From the IMG/VR virus record IMGVR_UViG_3300021979_000003, positions 175,091 to 239,090 of that record: a stretch of 64,000 nucleotides of DNA; one strand, 5' to 3'. Shown here piece after piece: positions 9,891 through 20,123 of the stretch (its first letter is position 1; each line of letters opens with the position of its first letter). The notes under the pieces are model-generated. The model worked only from the letters and a program-made list of their open reading frames with translations, was not told the DNA's origin and made no database searches. The DNA comes from a virus (Duplodnaviria > Caudoviricetes). The position numbers and the translations under genes are program-made.

Positions 9891-10757
9891 TTATTGTAGT
9901 CGTTTTGTACTTAAATCAATTACTTTTTCTTCTTTGTTCAGGCACCCAAATTTATCTTTAGAATACTTCACACCATCAACCTTGTCGTAAACTTCAATGT
10001 TCATGCTCAAAGACTCAAAAGTTTCAATAATGAAATCTTCAAGCGGCTCAAGTGGTGCGTTATGGTCCTTATAGATATATCGTGCCAAATCAGGGAATCT
10101 CAATGCGGCATCCCTTTTACAGAATACATCTATGTCATGCACCAGTCCGTACAACTGGATAAACATAAACGCAATATCCTTTACAATTTCAACATCAGGT
10201 AACTTTTTGTTAAAAGTTTCTACTGAAGAAATTCCATTTTGAGATACCACCTTAAGAATAAATTCAAGTCTTTCTTTAAAAGAACCTTTCTTAAGAAGAT
10301 ATTTAACTTCTTCCCTATAAGAAGTTCTGGATAAAAATGTCAGAAGCGTTCGAACTACTTTGACAATCTTAAATGAAACATTTTGTTCAAGCTTGAGCTT
10401 AATAGGATTTTTCCCATAAAGCACATTGTTGTTATAAGCATGATGATCAAATGTGTAATAAAGAGCGTTGTTACACTCTTCAAGATCATCGTATTCACAC
10501 CAATCTACTACACCATCCTTCGATATATGGATGAATGAAAAATCAACGGTCTTATCAGAGTTTGAAAATTGTCCTGAATAGCGAAGAGTATAATCAATAG
10601 TTTCATGAATTTCATCCATCATGATACGGTCATCTTCATCATCCATATCAGGTACACGACTAAGACCAATGAAAACATCAATATCATCAGAATCGTTCGA
10701 GCCGTATCGGTAAATTCCAGTTATGTCTAGTTCTGTTTGTTGGATCATAATAGTCAT
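9891..10757 (-). CDS. Putative Pol-beta superfamily nucleotidyltransferase
   Basis: YRYGSNDSDDIDVFI matches the hGS-x-DxD motif. Confidence 0.6.
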   Translation of the reverse strand: MTIMIQQTELDITGIYRYGSNDSDDIDVFIGLSRVPDMDDEDDRIMMDEIHETIDYTLRYSGQFSNSDKTVDFSFIHISKDGVVDWCEYDDLEECNNALYYTFDHHAYNNNVLYGKNPIKLKLEQNVSFKIVKVVRTLLTFLSRTSYREEVKYLLKKGSFKERLEFILKVVSQNGISSVETFNKKLPDVEIVKDIAFMFIQLYGLVHDIDVFCKRDAALRFPDLARYIYKDHNAPLEPLEDFIIETFESLSMNIEVYDKVDGVKYSKDKFGCLNKEEKVIDLSTKRLQ

Positions 10758-10802
10758 CCTTTTTTTAATATCTTACTATAGTTATACTTTTTAAGCAAGT
10801 AT

Positions 10803-10829
10803 AAAAAAGGGAACCTTAAGGTTCCCTTT
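10803..10829. terminator. Rho-independent terminator
   Basis: AAAGGGAACC-TTAA-GGTTCCCTTT. Confidence 0.8.
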
Positions 10830-10903
10830 AAGTTTGGCATTCTGACATGCTTTACAGCATATCGAGAATGTCCTGATGACGGTCCAGCAGAGTAGACAGA
10901 GAG

Positions 10904-12175
10904 TCACAGGTGATCAATGTCAAGCTCGTACTGATCCAGAGCGATAGTAGCACCCATGATGATGAAATCTTCTTGGAATGCCATGTTTTCCATCAGGAAG
11001 TCAAGGTAGTGATTACCAAGCTTGCGCATTACGGAATCATACTTGTCTTCATCCTCATCCTTGGTACGACCCTGAAGGTCACGCATGACGTAGCACAGGT
11101 TGACGATCAGACTGTAAGATGCAGACAGCTTAACATCCTCAAGGTTGAACTTCTTAACACGACCTTCCAGAATATCCATCACATCCGGCAGCTTACCGAT
11201 GATTTCGATAGAAGCCAGCAGCGCAGCAGCGATACCAGTGCCTACCAGAGCCGCAACGTTACGAGTAACGAAAGCGTTGGATACAGACTTCTGAATACGA
11301 CCGTTCTCATCAGAGATAGACCACAGGAAGTCAGAGACGAAAGACCAGCTACGCGGAGTAGCGAAGGCATATGCAGCCTTGTTCTTCGCATCGAACTCGT
11401 TCAGATGTCCACGGTTACCCTTGATGTAACCAACAACTACAGGGTGAATACGTGCGCCTACAGCCCAATCCAGCCATGCATCAGCATCAACCTCTAGGGT
11501 ACGGTGACCAAAGCGGTTACGCAGCGGAGTAGGCATTGAGAAGTGCTGTGTAGCATCTTCTGCACGGTTACCGGCAGCTACGATAGCAACACCGTCAGCA
11601 AGCTCGTAAGTACCGATACGGCGCTCAAGTACAAGCTGTAGTGCAGCCGCCTGTACGGCAGGAGTAGCACTTGAAAGCTCGTCAAGCAGTACGATTGCCT
11701 TACCCTGAATAACCAGATGCATCAGGTAGGACTTTTCAGTATCGTCAAGGTCTTCGTCAGCCTGCACCTTACGCATTACAGAGTTGATCTGATATACGTC
11801 AGGCTCTTGCTCGGAAGGACTAACGACGTTATCACCGCCGATTGCACGAAGGTACGCGCTAAGCTCTTGCTTGGAAGGCGGCAGTTCATCAGGAGCCGCG
11901 TAAAGCATACGCTTGTGTTCTTCGTTGTAGTACGGAATACCAGAAAGATCAGTAGGGTCTTTCAGAAGTAGACGAATGTCGATAACGGGACGGTCAAGCT
12001 CATCACCAACTTGGCGAATAACTTCCGACTTACCTACACCCGGCTGGCCCCAGATCATCATAGGCTGCGGACGACGACCCATTTTAGGCATGGTATCGAT
12101 GGCGTGAATGATGTCTTCCTTTAGTTGTACAGTAGTAACAACCGGATGAGTGTAATTGTTGTCTTTCTTAGCCAT
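10904..12175 (-). CDS. MoxR-like AAA+ ATPase (C-terminus possibly frameshifted, see findings)
   Basis: Walker A GQPGVGKS, Walker B VLLDE, AAGNR, LRNRF and TPRSW. Confidence 0.9.
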   Translation of the reverse strand: MAKKDNNYTHPVVTTVQLKEDIIHAIDTMPKMGRRPQPMMIWGQPGVGKSEVIRQVGDELDRPVIDIRLLLKDPTDLSGIPYYNEEHKRMLYAAPDELPPSKQELSAYLRAIGGDNVVSPSEQEPDVYQINSVMRKVQADEDLDDTEKSYLMHLVIQGKAIVLLDELSSATPAVQAAALQLVLERRIGTYELADGVAIVAAGNRAEDATQHFSMPTPLRNRFGHRTLEVDADAWLDWAVGARIHPVVVGYIKGNRGHLNEFDAKNKAAYAFATPRSWSFVSDFLWSISDENGRIQKSVSNAFVTRNVAALVGTGIAAALLASIEIIGKLPDVMDILEGRVKKFNLEDVKLSASYSLIVNLCYVMRDLQGRTKDEDEDKYDSVMRKLGNHYLDFLMENMAFQEDFIIMGATIALDQYELDIDHL

Positions 12176-12219
12176 AATATTGCTCCTGTTTACAATTTGA
12201 TTTGCGATTTGTGTGAACC

Positions 12220-12249
12220 ATTATAAGGCTTAACTCTTCGATCTGTCAA
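12220..12249 (-). promoter_or_regulatory. Sigma70-type early promoter TTGACA-N18-TATAAT
   Basis: Consensus hexamers upstream of the AAA+ gene. Confidence 0.75.
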
Positions 12250-12272
12250 CACCCTTTTGAAAACTTTTTCTG

Positions 12273-12614
12273 CTATCGTTTGTAGGAGTTGGCGACCTTT
12301 GTAAAGTCTTCACCGTATAACTTTATACGATTTACTAAAGCTTTATCCGTGGTGAACAATCTCACTCGGTCTTTATCTTTAGTGTTCGTTAAGTAGTATA
12401 GGCCCTTTATTCGCTTATGTAAAGCCAAATAATCCAAAACTCTCTTACTAAATTTAAATTCGACCTCATAAAACTCGTACATCTTTGAAAGATGACGATA
12501 GCCACAGAACCTTAACTTACCATCAGAAGGCGTGATATTGTGGAAAATGTCAATTATTTCAAAGTCGTCGTCAAACTTTTCGTTGATGGCGTCTACGATT
12601 TCTTGCTTAATCAT
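12273..12614 (-). CDS. Hypothetical protein
   Basis: ORF track; overlaps the upstream gene end. Confidence 0.6.
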   Translation of the reverse strand: MIKQEIVDAINEKFDDDFEIIDIFHNITPSDGKLRFCGYRHLSKMYEFYEVEFKFSKRVLDYLALHKRIKGLYYLTNTKDKDRVRLFTTDKALVNRIKLYGEDFTKVANSYKR

Positions 12615-12870
12615 AAACTTTTACTGTGAATTCATCCGTATCAAACAGCTTGTTGAGGCGGGATGCTAGATTGTCTGCATGTGCTTTGCTAGTAAATGCA
12701 GTCTTCTTATAGGCAGGGCACTTGTCTTGTAGTTTGTTAAAGCTTTTTATGTTGATAGGCTTACCTCTATATACCACCGCATATAGTTCAGCACCCTCTA
12801 TAATCTGTTCACACTTACCATCTTTAGGGTTAACATGCTCTAATAGTACTGTAGGCTTTGGTCTAGACAT
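12607..12870 (-). CDS. Conserved phage hypothetical protein (MSRPKP start)
   Basis: MSRPKPTVLLE..YAVVYRGKPIN..YKKTAF..HADNLA pattern that I recognise from large phages. Confidence 0.65.
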   Translation of the reverse strand: MSRPKPTVLLEHVNPKDGKCEQIIEGAELYAVVYRGKPINIKSFNKLQDKCPAYKKTAFTSKAHADNLASRLNKLFDTDEFTVKVYD

Positions 12871-12919
12871 CGATTTATCCGTTTTTTATTATTGTAATTA
12901 TATGTATTGTTAATTATAT

Positions 12920-13129
12920 TTATTTAAATTTTCCGCCATGTAGAACTATTTTTTCATTTTTTGAAGAAATTTTTTCCTCTCTCTCACTAACACCTTGATT
13001 TCCTGCACTTTCTAATTCATCTATCTCAGAAATTAAATCAGAAATATAGTCAATATCTAGCGTTATTGCCCTCGACCCTTTGATTTTCATGGCCGAGAGC
13101 TTCTTTTTTAGGTCAGTAATTCTACTCAT
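12920..13129 (-). CDS. Small hypothetical protein
   Basis: GGGGA RBS before ATG 13129; coupled to the rnh stop. Confidence 0.6.
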   Translation of the reverse strand: MSRITDLKKKLSAMKIKGSRAITLDIDYISDLISEIDELESAGNQGVSEREEKISSKNEKIVLHGGKFK

Positions 13130-14117
13130 ATATCTTCCCCAAGAACTCAAGATATAGAGCGGGATTATTGCCGATGTTCACAAGATCGTATTTTGAACAG
13201 AATTTCATAAACTTGAAACCCATATCCGAGTTAGGTATACGCTTTTCCGTTGCGCCATTAATAGATTCTCGAACTTCATCCATAATAAAATCTGGAATCA
13301 TCTTAAGGTCTATTAATAGACGGTTAAGCTCATAGACATCCTTGACCTTATGGTTCTGTCCTTTATGATCTTCCCATTCATGGAGCATGACGGTATTCCA
13401 TTCAAACCCTTTAGATTTACGATCTTCAAAGCAGTCGATCATACCTACTTTGTTTTTAGTACTTTTTTCTCTAAGTCTAGGGTATGCGGAAGAAATGTTG
13501 TCTGACGAATCACCCCTGATACATTTTTTAAATAGAATCCACTCAGGATCACCAATTTCCTTTTGCTTTTTAGTCTTACTATCCATGACAGGACGCATAC
13601 GGTCATCAAAAATACCTTCAATAGTAATGATATGCCCTTTCATTGCATCATACATTCTCACATTGTGCGTGATAAGTTGATGGAAATCACTGTCAGAAGA
13701 TACAATGATGTGTTGTTCATCAGGTCTATCAAGAATGAATGTTGCAATCACATCATCCGCTTCTGCATTCGGTGAAGATATAGCAGGAACATTCGTATAC
13801 AAGTCAATGTACTCAATGAAATCATTAGCTGCTTTTTGAAACTCTTCATCCAGTTCGATTTCAGAAGGCTTTCGCTTTAAACGCTGTGCAACGCGGTTCA
13901 TTTTATAATCTGGATACACGTGCTTACGCCAACTTTTTCCCTCTAGTGCAAGAATACAACGATCAGCATCAAATTTTTTCCAAGCAGAACGCATACCTAC
14001 TAGGATTTGATGCATGACCATTCCGATTCTTTCATCATCCGAAGCCCCTTTGATCGTCTGGTGCTTCATTCTATGAAACAAATTATTGAAGTCGATTAGT
14101 ATATTTGTTTTACTCAT
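13122..14117 (-). CDS. rnh: RNase H / 5'-3' flap exonuclease (T4 Rnh family)
   Basis: LIDFNN, EADDVI, SSDSDF and GDSSDNI acidic motifs. Confidence 0.92.
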   Translation of the reverse strand: MSKTNILIDFNNLFHRMKHQTIKGASDDERIGMVMHQILVGMRSAWKKFDADRCILALEGKSWRKHVYPDYKMNRVAQRLKRKPSEIELDEEFQKAANDFIEYIDLYTNVPAISSPNAEADDVIATFILDRPDEQHIIVSSDSDFHQLITHNVRMYDAMKGHIITIEGIFDDRMRPVMDSKTKKQKEIGDPEWILFKKCIRGDSSDNISSAYPRLREKSTKNKVGMIDCFEDRKSKGFEWNTVMLHEWEDHKGQNHKVKDVYELNRLLIDLKMIPDFIMDEVRESINGATEKRIPNSDMGFKFMKFCSKYDLVNIGNNPALYLEFLGKIYE

Positions 14118-15100
14118 TTGTACATTCTACGGTTTCGTGTTTTATTCGCAATGTCTTGTATTTGTTCTGGTGTTAGTTCATCACCATAGTACTCTTCCAG
14201 ATTATCTCTATCAATTTCTAGATGTTGAACTATAGTTCCCTCGGGTTCGGAAGCCACCACGGAGCGAAACGTGTCACCACCATCGTCAACTAACATGGTT
14301 GCGGCTAGTGACATCAATGCACCTTTTGCCCATTTTTCAACCAGTAGCTCCGAGTATTCTTCTGAATCAGGATCAACATCTTCGTGTTCAGTACCATCTA
14401 GGGTTACACCAAAATCAACAAGCCAGTTAACGAATTCATCATTAAAATCTACTTGTAGTTCAAATGCTTCAGGTCTATTTTCAGACTCATCAATTTTAAT
14501 TTGATAATTAAACCACTTTCTGCCTTCTAGTGAGTACAGTGATTTTTCATAATCAAGAAAGCCAATTTCGCCTTTCTTGTACCTTAGCTCAATTATTTCT
14601 TTACGTAGTCTGAACTCTGCATCTTCACGTTCTTCTTTTGAAGTGTCAGGCATAATGGCTTCCAGATGATTCAACTCGTTTGTTTTTAGCTTGATATCAA
14701 ACTCAATGGATTTGTCACTTCTAAATCCATACTGTGTCCTTTCAAACAAAAGGTTTTCACGAACCATTGTGTATTCGTCAATCTCTCCACAGTCCTTTTT
14801 AGCCTGCATAAAGGCTTTGTGTTTTTCAAGCTGTGTTTGTCCAGAACGTTCACCCTTTGCACTGGTTGCTTTAGCAAACTCATACTCTGCTTGATAACGC
14901 TTGGCAAAATTCTCAGGCATACCGCAAGCCATCATAAGATGTGTAACTGAGCTTTCATGCATTTCGATAAGCGGTGCTTTATCCTGACCAAAGAACACAA
15001 CCTTCTCAAGCATTAATTCAAATGCTTTGCGATAAGCCATCTTATCGATGTAGCTGGTCATATTTTTCTTAGCTTTTTTAAGCTTAAATCCTTCAAACAT
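14114..15100 (-). CDS. Conserved hypothetical protein
   Basis: 328-aa ORF coupled to rnh. Confidence 0.7.
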   Translation of the reverse strand: MFEGFKLKKAKKNMTSYIDKMAYRKAFELMLEKVVFFGQDKAPLIEMHESSVTHLMMACGMPENFAKRYQAEYEFAKATSAKGERSGQTQLEKHKAFMQAKKDCGEIDEYTMVRENLLFERTQYGFRSDKSIEFDIKLKTNELNHLEAIMPDTSKEEREDAEFRLRKEIIELRYKKGEIGFLDYEKSLYSLEGRKWFNYQIKIDESENRPEAFELQVDFNDEFVNWLVDFGVTLDGTEHEDVDPDSEEYSELLVEKWAKGALMSLAATMLVDDGGDTFRSVVASEPEGTIVQHLEIDRDNLEEYYGDELTPEQIQDIANKTRNRRMYK

Positions 15101-15139
15101 TTTGTTCTCCTATATCAAAGGGGGTGTTATCCCCCTATA

Positions 15140-15910
15140 TTAAATGCTACTTAGCTGGAATGAGTATACTGCATGATCAGTATCAAGATTGATATTAATC
15201 ATGGATAGCTCATCAGAGATATTAAAAGTAACATTTTCAATACTTGGCGCTTGTTTCAAGATCGATAGTACTTGCTTGATCGGCCATGTATTTACAGGGC
15301 TGATGTTCTCGCAGTCTGTTTCGCACACAGGGAAACGTGCTGTGTCATCATCACCAAGGTTCATGTAAAGAACACCTTCATCAATCGAAAAACTAAATTC
15401 ATTACTAAACTTAGCTAGGATCGAAGCAAAAGACTGAAAGTCTTTTAGAAACTGTTCAGATGGTTGGAAACTGATGTCGTATTCCATTTCAGTTCCGCTT
15501 GCCAAACGGAAAGATTTAACTTTTTGCTTTACTGCTTCAGGGTTCATGAAACGATAAGTACATTTATGTCCCTTATCAGAAGCAAACTGAATTTCATTGG
15601 GCGACCCACTAGCTTCTTTGTAGGTTACCTTAAGGCTACTGCCACCTTCTTCGTTAAAGACAGGTGAATTAACATAACCAGAAAGTACGTTTAGACGAGA
15701 AAAACCAACAGTGGTTTTCTTATCATCATCCAATTGCTGATTGAATAGTTCAGGAATTGGATTCTTTAGAGTGGCATTCATGATAATACTTAGGTCTTTT
15801 GAAGATGACTTCACTTTACCATTACCATCTTTATCTACAATCATTTTAAATGCTTCAAATTCACCCAGATCGTGGGTGTATCGAATAACATCTTTAAGAA
15901 CACTTTGCAT
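15140..15910 (-). CDS. Sliding clamp (gp45-like)
   Basis: Size, beta-rich two-domain pattern and position next to PolB. Confidence 0.65.
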   Translation of the reverse strand: MQSVLKDVIRYTHDLGEFEAFKMIVDKDGNGKVKSSSKDLSIIMNATLKNPIPELFNQQLDDDKKTTVGFSRLNVLSGYVNSPVFNEEGGSSLKVTYKEASGSPNEIQFASDKGHKCTYRFMNPEAVKQKVKSFRLASGTEMEYDISFQPSEQFLKDFQSFASILAKFSNEFSFSIDEGVLYMNLGDDDTARFPVCETDCENISPVNTWPIKQVLSILKQAPSIENVTFNISDELSMININLDTDHAVYSFQLSSI

Positions 15911-15972
15911 ATTTTTTACCTCATAATTTCAATATATGACCAGTTTACCACTGATCGTTATAGCGTCAATAG

Positions 15973-18762
15973 TTAAAAGAATTCATCTTCGTCATCGTCC
16001 ATAATGAACGTATTAGTGAACTTAGTACCTTTACGAATAAGGTTCACATCCCAACCTAGAACACCAAATATAGTAATAATTGGCTTGTAGTAGATTGTTT
16101 CAAGCATTGTTTCCGAATCAAATGGCATTGCTTTGAACCATTCTGGAAACTTTGTTTGGTCTGTCAAATAAGATATGTTCTTGTATCCAAAATCATTTGT
16201 CTTTAGCTTACAAGTTACTACCTTAGATTGATTGCCAATGCGTTCAATATGTTGCTCATTATGAATATCAAGTTGCTCATTCCATGCGATTGCTCCCGAT
16301 ATAGCACCCGGAATAGCTGGTTTCTTATCAATCTGACCATTTTGATATTTGTAATGTAGATCAGTGTAATGTGAAACCGCATTCGCACCACTTGGTCTAC
16401 CTAATACCCATGGTTCTTTATTAGCAAGATCGTCTTTAAACTTAGTAAAATAGTTGACAACCTCATCTTCTGACGTACCATTCAACAACATATCCATGCC
16501 TTCTTTAAGACAATCTTGGATCATCTTTGGTGTATCAGAACGCTTGATCTGTAGACCCATGATCTTAAGCTTACCATTCTTTCCATTCTTATCAAGACGA
16601 ATACCGTCTTTATCAAATAGATTCATGGCATAACGCTTTTTCTTGATAAACAGTGAGTAGCTTGCAAGGTTTTCACGTCCAGCTTTTATAATAGAACCAT
16701 TCTCAATTCCAGTGTTAAAGCGTTGATCCATAAATGATGGGAAACTACTGTTTGTTTTATCAGAAATAGCATTATAAATTTCTACTGCTAAGTCACGATC
16801 CTCAAACATAGCATTAGCCATAGCTTTTTTCTCGGAATCACCAGAAGCCATATATGCTTCATACACTGAGAAATAACTACTATCGGTATCACCGTATACG
16901 ATAGTATCACCAAGATGGTTGTAATCACCACATACTTGCTCATTAATATGTGAACTCATATGCCTTGTGATACTTCTACCAGTTAACGTAGTAGACTGAC
17001 CAATACGCTTATCGTAGAATCTACAATGTTGGTTTAGAAGTGCACCATACAATGCGTTCAGGTTAATCTTCTTAGCCATCTGGCGTTGATCCCAATACTT
17101 ATAGTTTTTGGTAGCTTCAGCTTTCTTCTCAGGATCAGTTTCGTTAACCATAAGGTTTTCCCACTTCTCAGCTTCTGCTTGCATCTTCTTACGTTCAGAA
17201 TACCAACGTTCAAGCAGTGCCGGGATAACACCTTTCTTTTCTCTACTAAAGACAGTTCCATTAGCACTTATACTAAACTTCTCATCATCGTAGATCATTT
17301 CTTTAATTTTATAGGCAGGTGCTGTTATCTTTTCATCTGAACGATTAAACTCAAATGTAACATCCTCATCAGTACCGTTATATACTCTATCAAACTCAAA
17401 AGTATTGAAGAATGGTTGCCATGCTTCAGCAAATGATTCTGCTTCACCACTGTTCACCTTTTCAATAATATGATTTTCAGTCTCATCGCTATTGATGTGT
17501 CCTATAAGTGTTTCAGGACTCATGTTCAATGCACGAATCGTACTTGGATATAGTGAGTTGATATCGTTACCTGCTACGAGCTTTCTTATACCCACTTTAG
17601 GTGGAGATACGAATGCACCAGCCGCGCCAGATTCATTTTCATCTTTCTTTGGCTTAGATGGGAAGATAAGCTCTTCTTCACTAAAGTAATGTCCTTGGTT
17701 AATAATGGCCTGTTCAGTAATACCTACAGTTCCTAACGTAGTTTCTAATAGAACACCGTTGTTGTGTGCTAGTAGATTGGTTAGATCAATGAATTTCTTT
17801 TCATCATCAATACGCTTTACAAGATAGGTATCTTTAATGTTGTATCGAACAAACTTTTCAAAGTCTTGCTTGTATAACTGATCTAGTGTACCGGGATATT
17901 CAACCTTTCTCTCATCAAGTTCAATATATGCAACATGGTCCAACTTATAAGTTGGTAATTCAATATATGTATATTTTTTGTACAGATTCATGTAATCCAG
18001 ATGAACACGACCAATAGGCGAGAACACTTCCTCGAATTGCTTAGTCTTTGGATTCATCAATGTCTTTGAGGAAGGCTTTTTACCACCAACACACATTTCG
18101 CGTAAGTAGTGCTGACCGATCACTTTAGATATACGGTTATATAGATACTTGAAGTCGTATGACTCTGAGTTCCAACCAGATATGACATCACTGTCTTCAA
18201 TTAATAGTAAAAAGCACTTCAATAACTCTGCTTCACTATTAACCATGACACATTTTACTTCGTACTCGCTGTCTTCTTCTTCGATTTTTGAGCAGATAGC
18301 CTCGCACTCACTCATGGTCATAGTGGGTGGTGGTAGTGCAATCATGTACATGATGTTAGACCAGTTCTGATATACGGCTACTGATATAACTTCATTTTCT
18401 GCATCGTCTGGATTTGAATAACGCGTATCTTCGTGGAACGCAACCTCAATATCGTAGAACGCAGTGTTAATATTAGGGACTGCATCAAACTCATAGTTTT
18501 TACTTAGGTATCTAAAAATAGGGTTTACGTCATGCTCATAAATAACATCACTAGGATATTGGCGCATTGCTGCGTAAAATTCTTTGCGGTTATCATATAC
18601 GTGTTTACTACACTTGTCTCCAAATATGGTTGTATAATCACCATATTGATCGAGCGTATAGAACACATATTCTATGTTGTCTCTTTTTATAATTCTTTCA
18701 CCATCCACACGTTCAATGATTACAATTTCATCATCGTCTGTGAATGCGCTTACATATGACAT
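15973..18762 (-). CDS. Family B DNA polymerase (gp43-like), intact with no intein
   Basis: YDIE, GWNSESYD, DINSLYPS, KINLNALYG and YGDTDS. Confidence 0.97.
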   Translation of the reverse strand: MSYVSAFTDDDEIVIIERVDGERIIKRDNIEYVFYTLDQYGDYTTIFGDKCSKHVYDNRKEFYAAMRQYPSDVIYEHDVNPIFRYLSKNYEFDAVPNINTAFYDIEVAFHEDTRYSNPDDAENEVISVAVYQNWSNIMYMIALPPPTMTMSECEAICSKIEEEDSEYEVKCVMVNSEAELLKCFLLLIEDSDVISGWNSESYDFKYLYNRISKVIGQHYLREMCVGGKKPSSKTLMNPKTKQFEEVFSPIGRVHLDYMNLYKKYTYIELPTYKLDHVAYIELDERKVEYPGTLDQLYKQDFEKFVRYNIKDTYLVKRIDDEKKFIDLTNLLAHNNGVLLETTLGTVGITEQAIINQGHYFSEEELIFPSKPKKDENESGAAGAFVSPPKVGIRKLVAGNDINSLYPSTIRALNMSPETLIGHINSDETENHIIEKVNSGEAESFAEAWQPFFNTFEFDRVYNGTDEDVTFEFNRSDEKITAPAYKIKEMIYDDEKFSISANGTVFSREKKGVIPALLERWYSERKKMQAEAEKWENLMVNETDPEKKAEATKNYKYWDQRQMAKKINLNALYGALLNQHCRFYDKRIGQSTTLTGRSITRHMSSHINEQVCGDYNHLGDTIVYGDTDSSYFSVYEAYMASGDSEKKAMANAMFEDRDLAVEIYNAISDKTNSSFPSFMDQRFNTGIENGSIIKAGRENLASYSLFIKKKRYAMNLFDKDGIRLDKNGKNGKLKIMGLQIKRSDTPKMIQDCLKEGMDMLLNGTSEDEVVNYFTKFKDDLANKEPWVLGRPSGANAVSHYTDLHYKYQNGQIDKKPAIPGAISGAIAWNEQLDIHNEQHIERIGNQSKVVTCKLKTNDFGYKNISYLTDQTKFPEWFKAMPFDSETMLETIYYKPIITIFGVLGWDVNLIRKGTKFTNTFIMDDDEDEFF

Positions 18763-18785
18763 TAAATTTTATACCTCCATAAATT

Positions 18786-18811
18786 AAATAAGGCTCTTAG
18801 GAGCCTTATTT
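18786..18811. terminator. Rho-independent terminator
   Basis: AAATAAGGCTC-TTAG-GAGCCTTATTT. Confidence 0.75.
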
Positions 18812-18829
18812 ATTAATCACCAAGTTCGA

Positions 18830-19087
18830 TTATGCAGTACGGCCAATCTTGCGTAGAGCTTCAGAAACTGCTTCAAACTCTTCTTCTTCGTCTGCGTAGT
18901 TCATGTTCTTAGCAATGGTGATTACCTTGCGAATTACTTTTGGTTTAACGTCAAACTCTTCAGCTAGTGCTTTGATAGCTTCGTTGAGGCCATCGCGCTC
19001 TAGTTTGATTTTCTCATGAATGCGAACACCTTCGCTTACTAGGGAATCGAGCTTACGTACTTGATCTGGGTTAAGATTATCTAGCAT
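18830..19087 (-). CDS. dsDNA-binding protein (T4 DsbA-like)
   Basis: 85 aa, LAEEFDVKPKVIRKVITIA helical motif. Confidence 0.6.
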   Translation of the reverse strand: MLDNLNPDQVRKLDSLVSEGVRIHEKIKLERDGLNEAIKALAEEFDVKPKVIRKVITIAKNMNYADEEEEFEAVSEALRKIGRTA

Positions 19088-19202
19088 TGTTTTTCTCCTT
19101 CTACGTTATTAACAATGATGGGTCTATTCAACCACACTTATGAAATCTGTCAAGAACAAAAATGTCGTTCGATCAATAAATATCCAAAAAGGGAGATAAA
19201 TT

Positions 19203-19775
19203 ATGATTCTTGAAAATGACAAATCACTAGTAATAGTGACAAACCTTAAGTTTATATTAGAGCGACTTCGCGTTGTGTCAAGACTTTTTATGGTCGGATA
19301 CATGATTGCGCTCTATCAAGCCATACAATGGGTTTATGGATTACCTGATATATCAGGTGCACAATCCGCTATACTATCCTCACTGGCTGCTATAGCGTCC
19401 ATACTGACTAAGTTTTACGTCGATACGGGTAGGAATCTATATGATGACTATGAAGATATCAAATATGCAAACAAGATGGTTATGTATATAGACAAGGTAG
19501 GATATATAATCGATAAGTTCCGGTTATTCCCATTAGTCTTTACGCTGTTCTACTTATTCTTCTGGTATGATGTATTCATATGGGCAATGAGTGTTGAAGT
19601 TCTATCCAATGCACAAGCAACATTTGTAAGCATATATTCTGGTATCGCGTCAGTTGTTCTAGGTTTGTTTATTACATCTGGTGATGTGAGTCTAAATCTT
19701 GAGAAGAACTTTTTGAAAAGATTCTCATCTAACGAGGATTTAGAAGATTCTGAAGACGAAAAGAAACCTAGTTAA
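19203..19775 (+). CDS. 4-TM membrane protein made of two tandem 2-TM units (holin candidate)
   Basis: Repeat R..RLF..Y..W..Q..IAS..G in both halves; AATAAATA upstream. Confidence 0.65.
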   Translation: MILENDKSLVIVTNLKFILERLRVVSRLFMVGYMIALYQAIQWVYGLPDISGAQSAILSSLAAIASILTKFYVDTGRNLYDDYEDIKYANKMVMYIDKVGYIIDKFRLFPLVFTLFYLFFWYDVFIWAMSVEVLSNAQATFVSIYSGIASVVLGLFITSGDVSLNLEKNFLKRFSSNEDLEDSEDEKKPS

Positions 19776-19808
19776 CAATAAATATATCTATAACATAGGA
19801 TAAAATTT

Positions 19809-20123
19809 ATGATAGGTTTCGTAGAAGTCGAGATTTCTAAGATTAAGAAGGCTTATGGCCTTCTTAAAAACGATTTGAAAAATCAATCGTCACCAAGTAT
19901 TGATAGCAAGATAAAGAATCTGTCTAGTATCATCAATCACGATGCTGGTAAAAACAGGTTGTTTTCACATAAAGAAAAATTAAAAGTAAAAGCGTTACTT
20001 CATGAGTTAGTGTACTCATCATACGTTTCAAACTCATCAGTAATGCTATTGAGAATTGAAGTGGCTAGCTTGATCCAAGATATCATCAGTCTACATGAAG
20101 ATCATATAAAGGATGTAGAATGA
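19809..20123 (+). CDS. Hypothetical protein
   Basis: ORF track; RBS AGGA. Confidence 0.6.
   Translation: MIGFVEVEISKIKKAYGLLKNDLKNQSSPSIDSKIKNLSSIINHDAGKNRLFSHKEKLKVKALLHELVYSSYVSNSSVMLLRIEVASLIQDIISLHEDHIKDVE

Noticed and set aside
10896-10912. CTG-TGA-C as an RF2-type programmed +1 frameshift
   Set aside because: CUG cannot re-pair well at UGU and there is no internal SD just upstream; an indel is more likely (kept as a low-level finding).
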